A stretch of DNA of 62,550 nt. It comes from an uncultured virus (IMG/VR IMGVR_UViG_3300013093_000023) (lineage: Duplodnaviria > Heunggongvirae > Uroviricota > Caudoviricetes). The notes under the pieces are model-generated. The model saw nothing but the letters and a program-made list of their open reading frames with translations, was not told the DNA's origin and did not search any database. The position numbers and the translations under genes are program-made. The stretch is from the IMG/VR virus record IMGVR_UViG_3300013093_000023, positions 62,001 to 124,550 of that record; one strand, written 5' to 3'. This document shows positions 9,977 through 22,000 of this stretch, in pieces (position 1 is the first letter of the stretch; each line of letters begins with the position of its first letter).

Positions 9977-12900
9977 ATGTCCCAAACTACACGTCAAACC
10001 AATCTACTAGTAGAACAAGATTGGACTAAGGTTTATCAAGCATTTACTAATGCTGACTTTGTCAGCTACGACTTTGAAACTCTGCGTAATAGCATGATAA
10101 ATTATATCAAGACCTATTACCCAGAAACATTTAACGACTTCTTAGAAAGCTCAGAGTTTCTAGCATTGATTGACGTACTTTGCTTTTTGGGACAAAGCCT
10201 AAGTTTCCGCACAGATTTAAATGCTCGCGAAAACTTTATTGATACAGCACAGCGCCGTGACAGTATCCTTAAACTAGCACGTATGCTGGCCTATAATCCA
10301 CAGCGCAGTACCAGTGCCAGTGGCTTATTAAAAATTGACAGTATTGCTACTACTGAAACAGTCTACGACAGCAACGGCAATAACCTGGCAAACAACACCG
10401 TACATTGGAATGACCTAACCAACGACAATTGGTTAGAACAGTTCAACACAATTCTAAATGCTACACTAAACACAAATCAGGCAATTGGTAAACCTGGCAA
10501 CAGCCAACTTATCAATGGTATACAAACTGACGAATACTCAGTTAGTCTAAACAGCGCCAATCTTCCTACTGCTAGTTTTTCTGCCGCGATCAACGGAACA
10601 CCAATGGGATTTGAAGCAGTAAGCGCAACAACAGTAGGCGAAAGTTATATCTACGAAGCAGACCCAACTACAATTGGTAAGTTTAACATACTGTATCGCA
10701 ACGACAACAACGGTAATGGTAGTAACAATACTGGATTCTTTTTATATTTCAAACAAGGTAGCCTACAGGCCACTAACTTCAATGTACAAAACAGTATTCC
10801 AAATAACTATGTAACTGTTCCAACCAGTAACATCAACAATACAGACTTTTGGTTATACCAACTTGGGGTTAACGGAAATCCGCAGACAAAATGGTCAGCA
10901 GTCCCAACAATCACAGGTGTTAATGTAATTTACAATCAATTGACTAATAAAAATTTATATCAGGTCAACACATTAAACAATGACCAAGTTAATTTAATAT
11001 TTGGTGATGGATCATTTGCTAGTATTCCACAAGGTGGTTTCCGTTTTTACTATCGTACTAGTAACGCACTGAGCTATAGTATTACTCCTGATGATTTAAG
11101 TAGTGTAATTGTTGCTATTCCTTATGTGGGACGAAATAACAATGTTGAAACATTGACATTTGTTGCTAGTTTAAAATACACAGTAACCAATGCCGCGTCC
11201 AGCCAAACATTGGCTAGTATTAAAACAAGTGCACCACAACAATACTACACACAAAATCGTATGATCACCGGTGAAGATTACAATATCTTCCCGCTGACTA
11301 ACTATAACAGTATTCAAAAGATTAAAGCGGTTAATCGTACAAGCTCGGGTGTAAGTCTTTACCTTGATGCTATTGATCCAACTGGTAGCTATTCAACTAC
11401 AAATATTTTTGGTGATGACGGACAATTAATTGTCGCTGGCGGCGGCGCCAGCGACTACAGTACCTACACATTTGATTTCTTGTCAGCAACAGATATCTAC
11501 GCAACAATATACAATGATATTGTTCCGCTAATGACCAGCACAGAAATGCGTAACTACTATTATCAAAATTACTCACGATACGCCGCACCGGCTAACCTTG
11601 TGTTTGCTCAATCTACTACTAGTACTACATCAACTAGTTCTGGGTTCCTACAGGTCAGCGGACTAACACAACAAATTGGCGCCGGCATTAACACAAATCT
11701 ACAGTATGTCACAGTAGGAAGTTTGATTAAATTTACTGCCCCAGCTGGACATTATTTTAATGAGCAACACCAAATTGTCAGTGGTACTCCACAAACTCCT
11801 GAAGACAGTTATACATTCTGGGCCGCAGTTACCGCAACAGTGGGCAATAACAATAGCGTTCTCCCAAGTCAGGTTACATTTGGTACAGTAGTGCCAACTG
11901 GTGCTGTAGTAACAACAATTATTCCAACTTATAAAAATGATCTAAGCAACGCACTTATTTCTACGTTGGCCGCACAGTCTAAAGCTAAAGTTAATTTTGG
12001 TCTACGCTACAATCAAACCACACAGACCTGGGAAAACATAGCCACAGCCGACATTGGTGCTAGTACAGATTGGATGTTGCGTTTCAGCTATCGCCAAGGC
12101 CTGTACTATGTTGACTACAGAAAACTAACTTATAGTTTCTTATCAGCTGGTGCTACAAAATTCTATTATGATCCAAACAGTACTGTTTACAGTAGTGCCA
12201 CTGGAACAAATATTAACGACATTATTAAAATATTAAAAATTAACAATCAGCCTGGCAGTAGTTCTCCGTTGGGATCAGACTCTACCTGGGTAATCTATAA
12301 TAATGTAACACAAGAAGATGGGTATGTTGATACAGCACAGGTTTTAGTAAAATGCCCCGAAAGCCAAATGGAACAGGTGCCAGACAATCCTGACCTATTT
12401 ACTACAATATACGATTCGTCAGCACCAAACCGCAGTTTGTATTTCCAATACAAACACAATACACCAAGTCGCAATCGTATTGACCCAACACCGGTTAACT
12501 TAATTGATTTATATATTTTAACTGCTGACTACACTACAAGTTACATCAATTGGTTACGTGATTTAACTGGTAAAGTATCTAAACCCACAGCACCAACTAG
12601 TGCTAGCCTTGAATTAAGCTACAGTGGGCTAGACAATTATAAAACCGTTAGCGACAGCTTAATATACAATGCCGCACAATTTAAACCATTGTTTGGTGCC
12701 AAGGCCAATCCTGCGTTCCAGGCACGCTTCCAGGTAGTGGTAAATCCAAGCGTACAGATTACTGATAACGAAGTTAAGAGCCAGGTTATTGCCGCAATTA
12801 ATCAATATTTTGATGTGGCTAATTGGGACTTTGGCGATACTTTTTATTTTAGCGAACTGGCTGGATACTTACACGCAACACTGGCCCCAAACATTGCCAG

Positions 12901-13072
12901 CGTATTAATTGTTCCTACAGATGCTACATTAGTATTTGGTAATTATTTCCAAATTGACGCAGAGCCTTGGGAGATCATTACCAGCGCCGCAACAGTAAAT
13001 GACATTGAAGTAGTATCCGCAGTAACAGCGGCAACACTAAATCTTGGTAATCCTCTAATAGGAATTCGTTAA
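9977..13072 (+). CDS. gp6: Baseplate wedge subunit gp6-like
   Basis: DFETLR, NARENFIDTAQRRDSILKLARMLAYNP, FGDG and QNRMITGEDY motifs. Confidence 0.85.
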   Translation: MSQTTRQTNLLVEQDWTKVYQAFTNADFVSYDFETLRNSMINYIKTYYPETFNDFLESSEFLALIDVLCFLGQSLSFRTDLNARENFIDTAQRRDSILKLARMLAYNPQRSTSASGLLKIDSIATTETVYDSNGNNLANNTVHWNDLTNDNWLEQFNTILNATLNTNQAIGKPGNSQLINGIQTDEYSVSLNSANLPTASFSAAINGTPMGFEAVSATTVGESYIYEADPTTIGKFNILYRNDNNGNGSNNTGFFLYFKQGSLQATNFNVQNSIPNNYVTVPTSNINNTDFWLYQLGVNGNPQTKWSAVPTITGVNVIYNQLTNKNLYQVNTLNNDQVNLIFGDGSFASIPQGGFRFYYRTSNALSYSITPDDLSSVIVAIPYVGRNNNVETLTFVASLKYTVTNAASSQTLASIKTSAPQQYYTQNRMITGEDYNIFPLTNYNSIQKIKAVNRTSSGVSLYLDAIDPTGSYSTTNIFGDDGQLIVAGGGASDYSTYTFDFLSATDIYATIYNDIVPLMTSTEMRNYYYQNYSRYAAPANLVFAQSTTSTTSTSSGFLQVSGLTQQIGAGINTNLQYVTVGSLIKFTAPAGHYFNEQHQIVSGTPQTPEDSYTFWAAVTATVGNNNSVLPSQVTFGTVVPTGAVVTTIIPTYKNDLSNALISTLAAQSKAKVNFGLRYNQTTQTWENIATADIGASTDWMLRFSYRQGLYYVDYRKLTYSFLSAGATKFYYDPNSTVYSSATGTNINDIIKILKINNQPGSSSPLGSDSTWVIYNNVTQEDGYVDTAQVLVKCPESQMEQVPDNPDLFTTIYDSSAPNRSLYFQYKHNTPSRNRIDPTPVNLIDLYILTADYTTSYINWLRDLTGKVSKPTAPTSASLELSYSGLDNYKTVSDSLIYNAAQFKPLFGAKANPAFQARFQVVVNPSVQITDNEVKSQVIAAINQYFDVANWDFGDTFYFSELAGYLHATLAPNIASVLIVPTDATLVFGNYFQIDAEPWEIITSAATVNDIEVVSAVTAATLNLGNPLIGIR

Positions 13073-16000
13073 TGGCACAAATTAGTTCACTTAATTTTTT
13101 ACCTGAAGTATTCAGAAGTTCTGCCAACCAACGTTTCCTTGGCGCAACAGTTGATCAATTAATAGCAGACCCAGTAAAACGTCCTATCAGTGGCTACATT
13201 GGGCGCAAGTTTGCTCCTACATATAAACTAGGCGATAACTATGTTCCTGAATTGTCAGGCGGACGACAAGATTACCAACTTGAGCCCAGTGTTGTCATCA
13301 AGGACTCTGATAAAAATATTGTTTTTAATGCTGGCTATATTGATTTACTACGCTCAGTACAAACAAATAATGGATCAGTTACCGATCATCAAAAGTTGTT
13401 TGGATCAGAATATTACAACTACGACGGACATTTTGACTACGATAAGTTTATTAATTACAGCGATTACTATTGGATGCCCAATGGTCCAGACTCTGTTAAT
13501 GTAACAGCAGGCACAACACCATACGAAGCAACCTACATAGTAACACGCAATACTGATGTTGGTGGATATACATTTAGTACACTTGGCGGTCATCCTAATA
13601 CACAAATTACTCTGGCTCGCGGCGGCACTTATAAATTTATAGTTGACCAACCAGGCAATCCATTTTGGATTCAAAGTGAGCCTGGCATTACAGGAACAGA
13701 TCCTAATGTTCCAACATTGACTACTCGAGATGTTTTTGGAGTTAAAAACAACGGCACAGACAAAGGAACAATTACATTTAGTGTTCCGCAGACTACAGCA
13801 CAAGACTTTTACACTCTAATGCCAGTGGCCGGTCAGGTTGATACTGCTTTTGCCTACAGCTATACAAAAATACAAAACAGACTACTCAGTGACTTCTTAG
13901 TAGAGTTCCCAGACGGACTCGATGGAGTTAGCAATCTACTACAAAATAAAACTTTTATTTTTGTTGGCAATCTAATTGATGACAATGATTGGACTACTCC
14001 CGATCTACCAGCAGAATTTACCAACAGCCAGATTACACTAACATCAGGTGGCGTTGTGCCACAAGCAACACGTACTGGTATTTGGCAATTAATATTAGTG
14101 CCAACCTTGGCCGGCGACTTTGTAATACAACTTGAACCATACGGTCCAGTGCTACCAAGACAAAAGGTCTTTGTCAAAGGCGGCAAAACTTATGCGAGTA
14201 CTGCGTTTTGGTTAGAAAACACCTATCAGTACAAGGTTATTCCTCCTATCACATCTGTAAAAGAGTATCTCTACTATCAAGATGCTAACACTGGTGATTT
14301 CACCGGCGAAATCAAAATAGTCGACAACTCTACAGTACCAATTGATGTTGACAATGATATCGTTGGACAAATTGGCTATACCAGTCCTAACGGTGTTATT
14401 TTTACCAATGGCCTACTAATACAATTTGACAGTCTTGTAACTCCAAGCACCTATGCTCTTAAACAATATTATGTAGAAGGTGTAGGACAAAGTATTACTC
14501 TAGTTCCTGTTGCCGGACTAACAGTTCCACCGGGCCTAAGTAGTTTAGTTTCTAGCACAGGCGATTATATTACTATCAATCGTGCTAGCCAAGATGGTAA
14601 CAGTTGGTCAGCTACTAATCGTTGGTTCCACAAAGATGTTTTAGCCGCCGCCGCTGGTTACAATAATCAGGCAACTATCAACTATGGTCCAGTAATACAG
14701 GCCCGTAGACCTATCATTGAGTTTGAGCCCGACATTCAGTTATGGCAATTTGGCCGTCAGGCAAAAACCAAAGTTGATTTGTTTATTACAGCATCAACTG
14801 ACGCCTTTGCTGAAATTGAAGGACAAATTACATATACTTTAGATGGAGTTACATTAACTCCAGGACTACGTATTATTTTCTCCAATGACTACGACATTAA
14901 CGTAACAAACAATATCTATACGGTTAGCATTGAAAGTATTAATAGTCGCAACTTTATACGACTGGTACTAACTGCGGACGATCCTGTACTTGACGGGGAA
15001 ACTATATTTGTTAACTCTGGTGCCAACGCAAATAAAATTTTTAGTTACGTTGGCGCGACAGCAAGTTGGTTAGAATGCCAGGCAAAAACAACCTTTAATC
15101 AGGCACCACTATTTGATTTAGTTGATGCTGACGGATATAGCTTTGGTGACACTACAATGTATCCTGCTAGCACGTTTGCTGGAACAAAATTCTTTGGCTA
15201 CGCTACTGCCACAGGAACCAATGACAGCATATTAGGCTTTCCCTTAAAGTATCAAAACTTTAACAACATTGGCGATATTGTATTCCAAAATTACTATGAC
15301 ACAGACTCATTTACCTATACCGGTGGCGCCAAAGACTGTAACAGCGGATATATTAAAAAGAATTCTGGTTTATTGTCAAGCGAAAAATTCAATAACTGGA
15401 TTGTTGGTGTTGAACCAACACATCAGTATCAGGTGTTTACACGTTTCTTTGACGGACACGTAGTAACCATCAACAATGTTGAATATGCGTTTTTACAACT
15501 TGATATATTACCCGCCGACCAAGCAACTATTCCTTATGTAAAAGTTTACCTAAATAACAAACTGTTGACAGCTACAACAGATTATCAAATAACCAAATAT
15601 GGTGTGTATGATGTGTTGTTGTTTACTAGTATTCCTGCAGTCCACGATAAAATAGACATTAAAATCTATAGTAATAATGCCAGCACAATCGCATATTATG
15701 AAGTTCCCGATAACCTAAATTACAATCCATTAAACGAAAATTTTGATACAGTAACTCTAGGTCAAATTAGAAATCACTATACTAAATTAATAGAAAACAC
15801 AGCGGCAACAGTAACAGGAAACCGACCACTGCATGATAGTTACATTAAAGCACAAGGTGGTACATTATTACAACAAAGCAGTCCAGTAGTATATGCTACT
15901 GCGTTCTTAAATGACCCTAGTGTTAATTTTATCAACGCAGTTGATTTGGCAAGAAAAGAATACACTAAATTTAAAAATAAATTTTTAAGTTTATGCGGTA

Positions 16001-19000
16001 CATTAACTACCATTGATTATAAAGATCCAGTGTCTGGTGTAGACACAATTTTAGCCAATATCAATAGTATTAAAAATAACAGCTATCCTTGGTATTATAG
16101 TGATATGGTACCACAAGGCGAGAACTATACTACAATTACCTACACCGTATTAAACTCTCGTCAGACCAAATATGAAATCAGTACAATTTTTAACAATACT
16201 GAATTAAGTAATCGTGCGATACTAGTTTATTTAACTAGAGCTGGAGTAACCACTCAATTAACAGTTGGGGTAGACTATGAGTTTAGTTTAAATAGTCCAG
16301 CTATTACATTTTTAACTGCACTACAAAACAACGATACAATTACCTTACGTGACTACTCAACTACCGACGGTAACTATATTCCTGAAACACCAACTAAGTT
16401 GGGATTATTTCCAAAGTACGTACCGGAAATTTATACCGACATCACATATCAAACTGCACAGTCGGTTATTCGCGGCCACGATGGCTCGATTACCCCGGCG
16501 TTTGGTGACTTCAGGGACCAGTATCTACTAGAACTTGAACGTCGTATCTATAATAATATCAAAGCCGACAACAATAATAATATCATTGACTTCTATGATA
16601 TTATACCTGGTCGTTTTCGTAAAACTGAATATACTATAGAAAGTATAACAAAATTATTAAGCCAGAATTTCTTGAGTTGGGTCGGCAATAACAATTTAGA
16701 TTATACAAGTAACAGTTGGTATCAACAAGACAATCCTTGGACCTGGAACTACGCAATAGGATTCTCTGATGTAGTCGATGGATCGCCACTGCAGGGTAGC
16801 TGGAGAGCAATATACGAATATTGGTTTGATACAGATACTCCTGATTTGACACCTTGGGAAATGTTAGGGCTTTCTTCAAAACCAACCTGGTGGGAAGAAC
16901 ATTATGGTCCTGCGCCGTATACCAATGGCAATACCACATTGTGGGAAGACCTGGCAGCCGGTTATGTATGGAACGGCGGCAACGGCAATGATTACACAGA
17001 CCTACGTTTTGCTCGTCCGGGTCTAACAAAATTTATACCAGTGGACCGCAATGGTAATTTATTGCCACCAACAGATATTCCATTGTCTACACAGTACAAT
17101 ACTCGAGACGCCGCCGGCGACTATGCGGTAGGACAACAAGGACCAGTTGAAACGGCCTGGCGCCGTAGCAGTGACTTCCCGTATGCTCTACAGGTAGCAC
17201 TGGCTCTAAGCAAACCAGCTGAATACTTTGGCACACAACTTGATATTAGCCGGTTCTATGTAAATCCAGTGACTGGGCATATAAGCAACGTTAATAATCA
17301 AAAAATTAATCCTAGTTTACTAGCAGTTAATGGCGACACAACATCTGGCACCGTATTGCGTACTAGCGGATATATCAATTGGATAGCCGACAGTATTAAG
17401 AACTTGGGTATTGATCCAGTAACTAAACTCAACGACTATTTTAGTAACTTATCGGTTCAATTGGCCTATAGAACAGCTGGATTTACTGATCAAAAATTAA
17501 TTAGTGTAACAGCAGAACAAACAAGTCCCGGTAGCACAAATGCGTCAGTATTGATACCAGATGAAAACTATCAGGTCTACTTAAACAAATCTAATACTAC
17601 AACCACTGTAAATTATAGTGCGGTGTTGGTTGAAAAAACCAGTACTGGATACATGGTAAAAGGATATGATACCACTACACCGTTTTTTACTATTACACCA
17701 AGTATTGCTAATAATAATAAAACTACAATTTCTGTAAATGACAGCACTCTTAATTTTTACAAAGATGCTCAGGCAACATCAATTAATATTCCTTACGGAA
17801 CTGTATTTTCAACTAGCCAACAGGTAGTAGATTTTTTAATCAGCTACGAAAGATATTTACGTAGTGCTGGATTTGTATTTGACCAATACGATCAAGATTT
17901 ACAATTACAAAGAGATTTTAAACTAAGCGCACAAGAATTTGCCTATTGGATACAGCAAGGTTTCCCAACTGGATCAATTATTGTATTGAATCCAGTTGTT
18001 GATACTATCACTTTAAATTCTACGTATTCTGTAGTAGATGAAATTACAAATCTACCAGGCGGTAGCCGTTTACTTGATCAAAATTTTGTACCTATTAAGA
18101 GCAACAGATTTAACATTGTTAGAGCTTCTAAAACTCCAACATTAAATCAAACAGTGGTTTCGACTGTTGATGGAAGTAATATTGCCTATGGTAAATTTAA
18201 TCTAGTACAACTCGAACACGTATTAATATTTGACAACGTAGATGACTTTGGTGATATTATATATGTTCCTAAGTTAGGTAACCGTCAATATCGTTTGGGT
18301 ATTAAAGGATCCATTACTGGTAACTGGAACGGCGGACTAACTGCGCCGGGTTATGTTTATAGTAATCCAGTGATATCAAATTGGAGTGAAGGTGTTGACT
18401 ATAAACTAGGAGACATTGTTAAATTTAACAATAATTATTTCCTGGCCGCGGTAGATATTCCAGCCAGTCAGTTATTCGGCGCAGGCAATTGGACACAAAT
18501 TAAATCAAGCAATATTCAGACTGGACTGTTGCCAAGTTTTGGTACTAATGCCAAAGTGTTTGAACAGATTTATGATATTGATAATCCGCCACAAGATGAG
18601 ATGTTACAAAAGTTCAGTGCTGGATTACTAGGATTCCGCGAGCGTTCATATTTGACAGACCTGGGTGTAAACATCTCTAATCAAACCAAGTTCTATCAAG
18701 GCTACATCCGACAAAAAGGTACTAAGAATAGTATTGACGCCTTGACTCGTGCTAGTTTTAACAACGTAACCGGTAACATCAGTATCTATGAAGAATGGGC
18801 ATTCCGTTCTGGTACTTATGGCGACATTGACAATAATAAATTTACCGAAGTAGTTTTAGATCAAAGTGTATTCACTACTAACCCAGTTAGCTTATTATTA
18901 ACCGACAACTATGATCCTACTAATATAGTTGTTAATTTAGCAGTTACAGGAAATACTGTAACATCAAATGTCTATAACTCAAGTAACATTCAAAGTACAA

Positions 19001-22000
19001 GTACCAGCATATACTCTAACAGAGAACTTAATTCTGTTTATATAAACGATATGCCTTACGCAGGATACGTAAACGTCAACGACATTGACGGCACTATCTT
19101 TGATGTAATTAATTATGGTCAGGTGTTTAATCTAGTAGCAGGCAATAAAATTTGGGTAGCCAAGGATGTTAATAAAGCCTGGAACGTATATCGTGTCAGC
19201 GAAACAAACTTATTAGCAACACAGTTGACATATTCTCTAGACAACTATGCAAGACTTACTTTCAACAATCCGCACTCATTTAGTGTTGGTGAGTTTGTTA
19301 TAGTTAAAAACTTTAATCCGCACTGGGATGGTATATACCAGGTTACTGCTATACCAAATCAGTTAAGCATTACTATACAGATACAAGATAAAACCAAGTT
19401 GGGATATCTAATTAGCGTAAGCCCTGCCTATGGTTCTGGACAGGTCTACACACTAACATCTTACGTAATTGACAGTATTAAAGATGTTGAAAGTGTACGT
19501 CCAATCAATGACTTTATAGCCAACGAGCACGTATGGGTTAATAATGCTACCGACATTGGATGGGGTGTTTATACATTTAACCGTCCTTGGGCGGCAAACA
19601 GCGTACAAAGATTAACAGCTAACTCTGCGTCAAGTAATGCCTTACTTGGATCAACAGTTGCGGCTAGTCCAGACCTAAACAAAATTTATGTTGGCGCTCC
19701 TGGATCAAACTCTGTACAAATATTTGCTAACTCTGCTGGCAGTTATACTGCTGTTGGAACAATAGCCAACACTGATTCAAAATTTGGTACCAGTATTGCC
19801 ACAGCCGGTAATTTGATAGCAGTTGGTGCCCCTGGTGCTAGCACAGTACATATCTACTCAACCAGCAACGGAATCAGTAGCGTACAAACACTACACTCAC
19901 CAAACGCAAATGTTGCCTTTGGTAGCCAGGTCGCCTTTAATAGCCTAGGTAATGTATTATATGTGTCAGATCCTACTACACGATCAGTACACGCATTTGC
20001 AGGCAACCTACAGACTAACCATTGGTCTTGGCGAGCAAAAGTAACAGCCAATGTGGCTAGTATCGCAACAACTGCCTGTGGCGATCGATTATTTGTTGGC
20101 GCACCTACTGACAATAATGGATACGTACAAAATGGTAATGTCTATATCTACTCATTCAATGGAACAGCATTTGGAGTCGCACAAACAATTACTAGCCAAT
20201 ACAAAAATTCTAATGCTGGATTTGGTACTAGCCTTGCTGTAGATGCTACCGGCGGTAATTTATTTGTTGGTGTACCTTACAGTACTATCAGCAAAAGTGC
20301 CGACGGCTTAGTCGAACGTTGGGTATACACTGGTGGACAATACGTGTTTAATTCAAACATTGTTCATCCTAATGAAGCCATTGGCTCGCTTGGCACTAGT
20401 ATGAGTGTCAGCAGTGATGGGCAGGTATTAGCAGTTGGTAGTTCAGGTAGTACTGGCGAAGAAGATACTACGTTTGACAACAACACTACAGTCATTGACG
20501 CACAGAGCACTAAGTTTATTGATTTCATACTCAACAGCGGCACCGTTTATACATTTGAGCCAGTATTTGATTATGGTACTCCAAACGATTTAGGCAAGTA
20601 CACTTATATACAAGAACTAAGCAGTCAACTACACGCCGGAGACCAATTTGGCACAGGTGTGTTTGCTTCCCGTACTTTGGTAGTTGCTGGCGCACCCGGT
20701 ACAACAGTATCTTCTTTGGCCAATGCTGGAGAAGTACACGTGTACGCAAATCCAGATTCCAGCATTGGCTGGACACTAACACGTTGTCAAGAACTTAAAG
20801 TTGATATTAATAGTATTAATCGTACGTTTATCTACAATAAAAAAGACAATAATATTTTAACTACTATTGACTATGTTGATCCGTTAAAAGGCAAAGTACT
20901 AAATGCTGTAGCCGCTGACATCGACTATCAACGTGTAGAAGATCCGGCTATCTACAATGCCGGACAAGGAACTAGCACAGATTACCACTGGGGACCGGAT
21001 CAGGTTGGAAAAATTTGGTGGAACCTTGATGCTGTACGATACATAGACTACGAGCAAGATACTCTAGACTACAGACTAAATCATTGGGGTGAACGTTTTC
21101 CAGGCAGTGAAATTTTAGTCTACGAGTGGGTAGAAAGTTCAATGTTGCCAAGTCAATATGCTATGTCCAGTACCGACGGCACACCTTTGTATCCAGACGA
21201 TAGCTATTACTCTACATATGGTTATGTTGATCAGGCCGGTAATGTTAAAATAAAATATTACTTCTGGGTATTAAACAAATCAACAATTAACACAGCCGCT
21301 GGAAAACAAAATAGCGTTTACAGTATTGCGGCCGCTATTGAAAATCCATTTAGCCAAGGTGTTGCGTATTCTACTGTACTACGCAACGACGCAGTAGCAT
21401 TGTACAATGTTACCAATCGATTGGTTGGAACAAACAGCGTACTGCATCTATCAAGCCGTGCCGTTGACGCAGGATTGATACACAGCGAATACGCACTAGT
21501 ACAAGAAGGCAATCCAAGTAGCGTATTACCTCGCACAATCCAGAACAAAATTACAGATAGTCTAGCTGGTATTGATTCAGCTGGCAACGTAGTTCCTGAT
21601 CCAAACTTAACTGCGGCACAGGCATATGGTATTAATATACGCCCACGCCAAAGTGTATTTGTTAACAGAACTACAGCACTGGCAAATTATATTGATATTG
21701 TCAACACCAAATTGGCAGTATATCAGGTTACACGTCGTAAAGTTCTAACCACATTAAACAGTAGCGAGGCCGCACCTAATTCTAGTTCGGGGCAATATGT
21801 TGTTAGTGTAGCTGACAATACAGAATTAACTTATGTTGATACCACACAATTATCAACAGGCGACAGTGCATTAGTTGTAAGCGATACTACACAAAATAGT
21901 AAATGGGCAATCTATACCTGGACTGGCACAACCTGGGTTCTAGGCCGCACACAGAAATATAAAACAAATGCAGTAGACAGTAACGGCCTAGGAATTTACT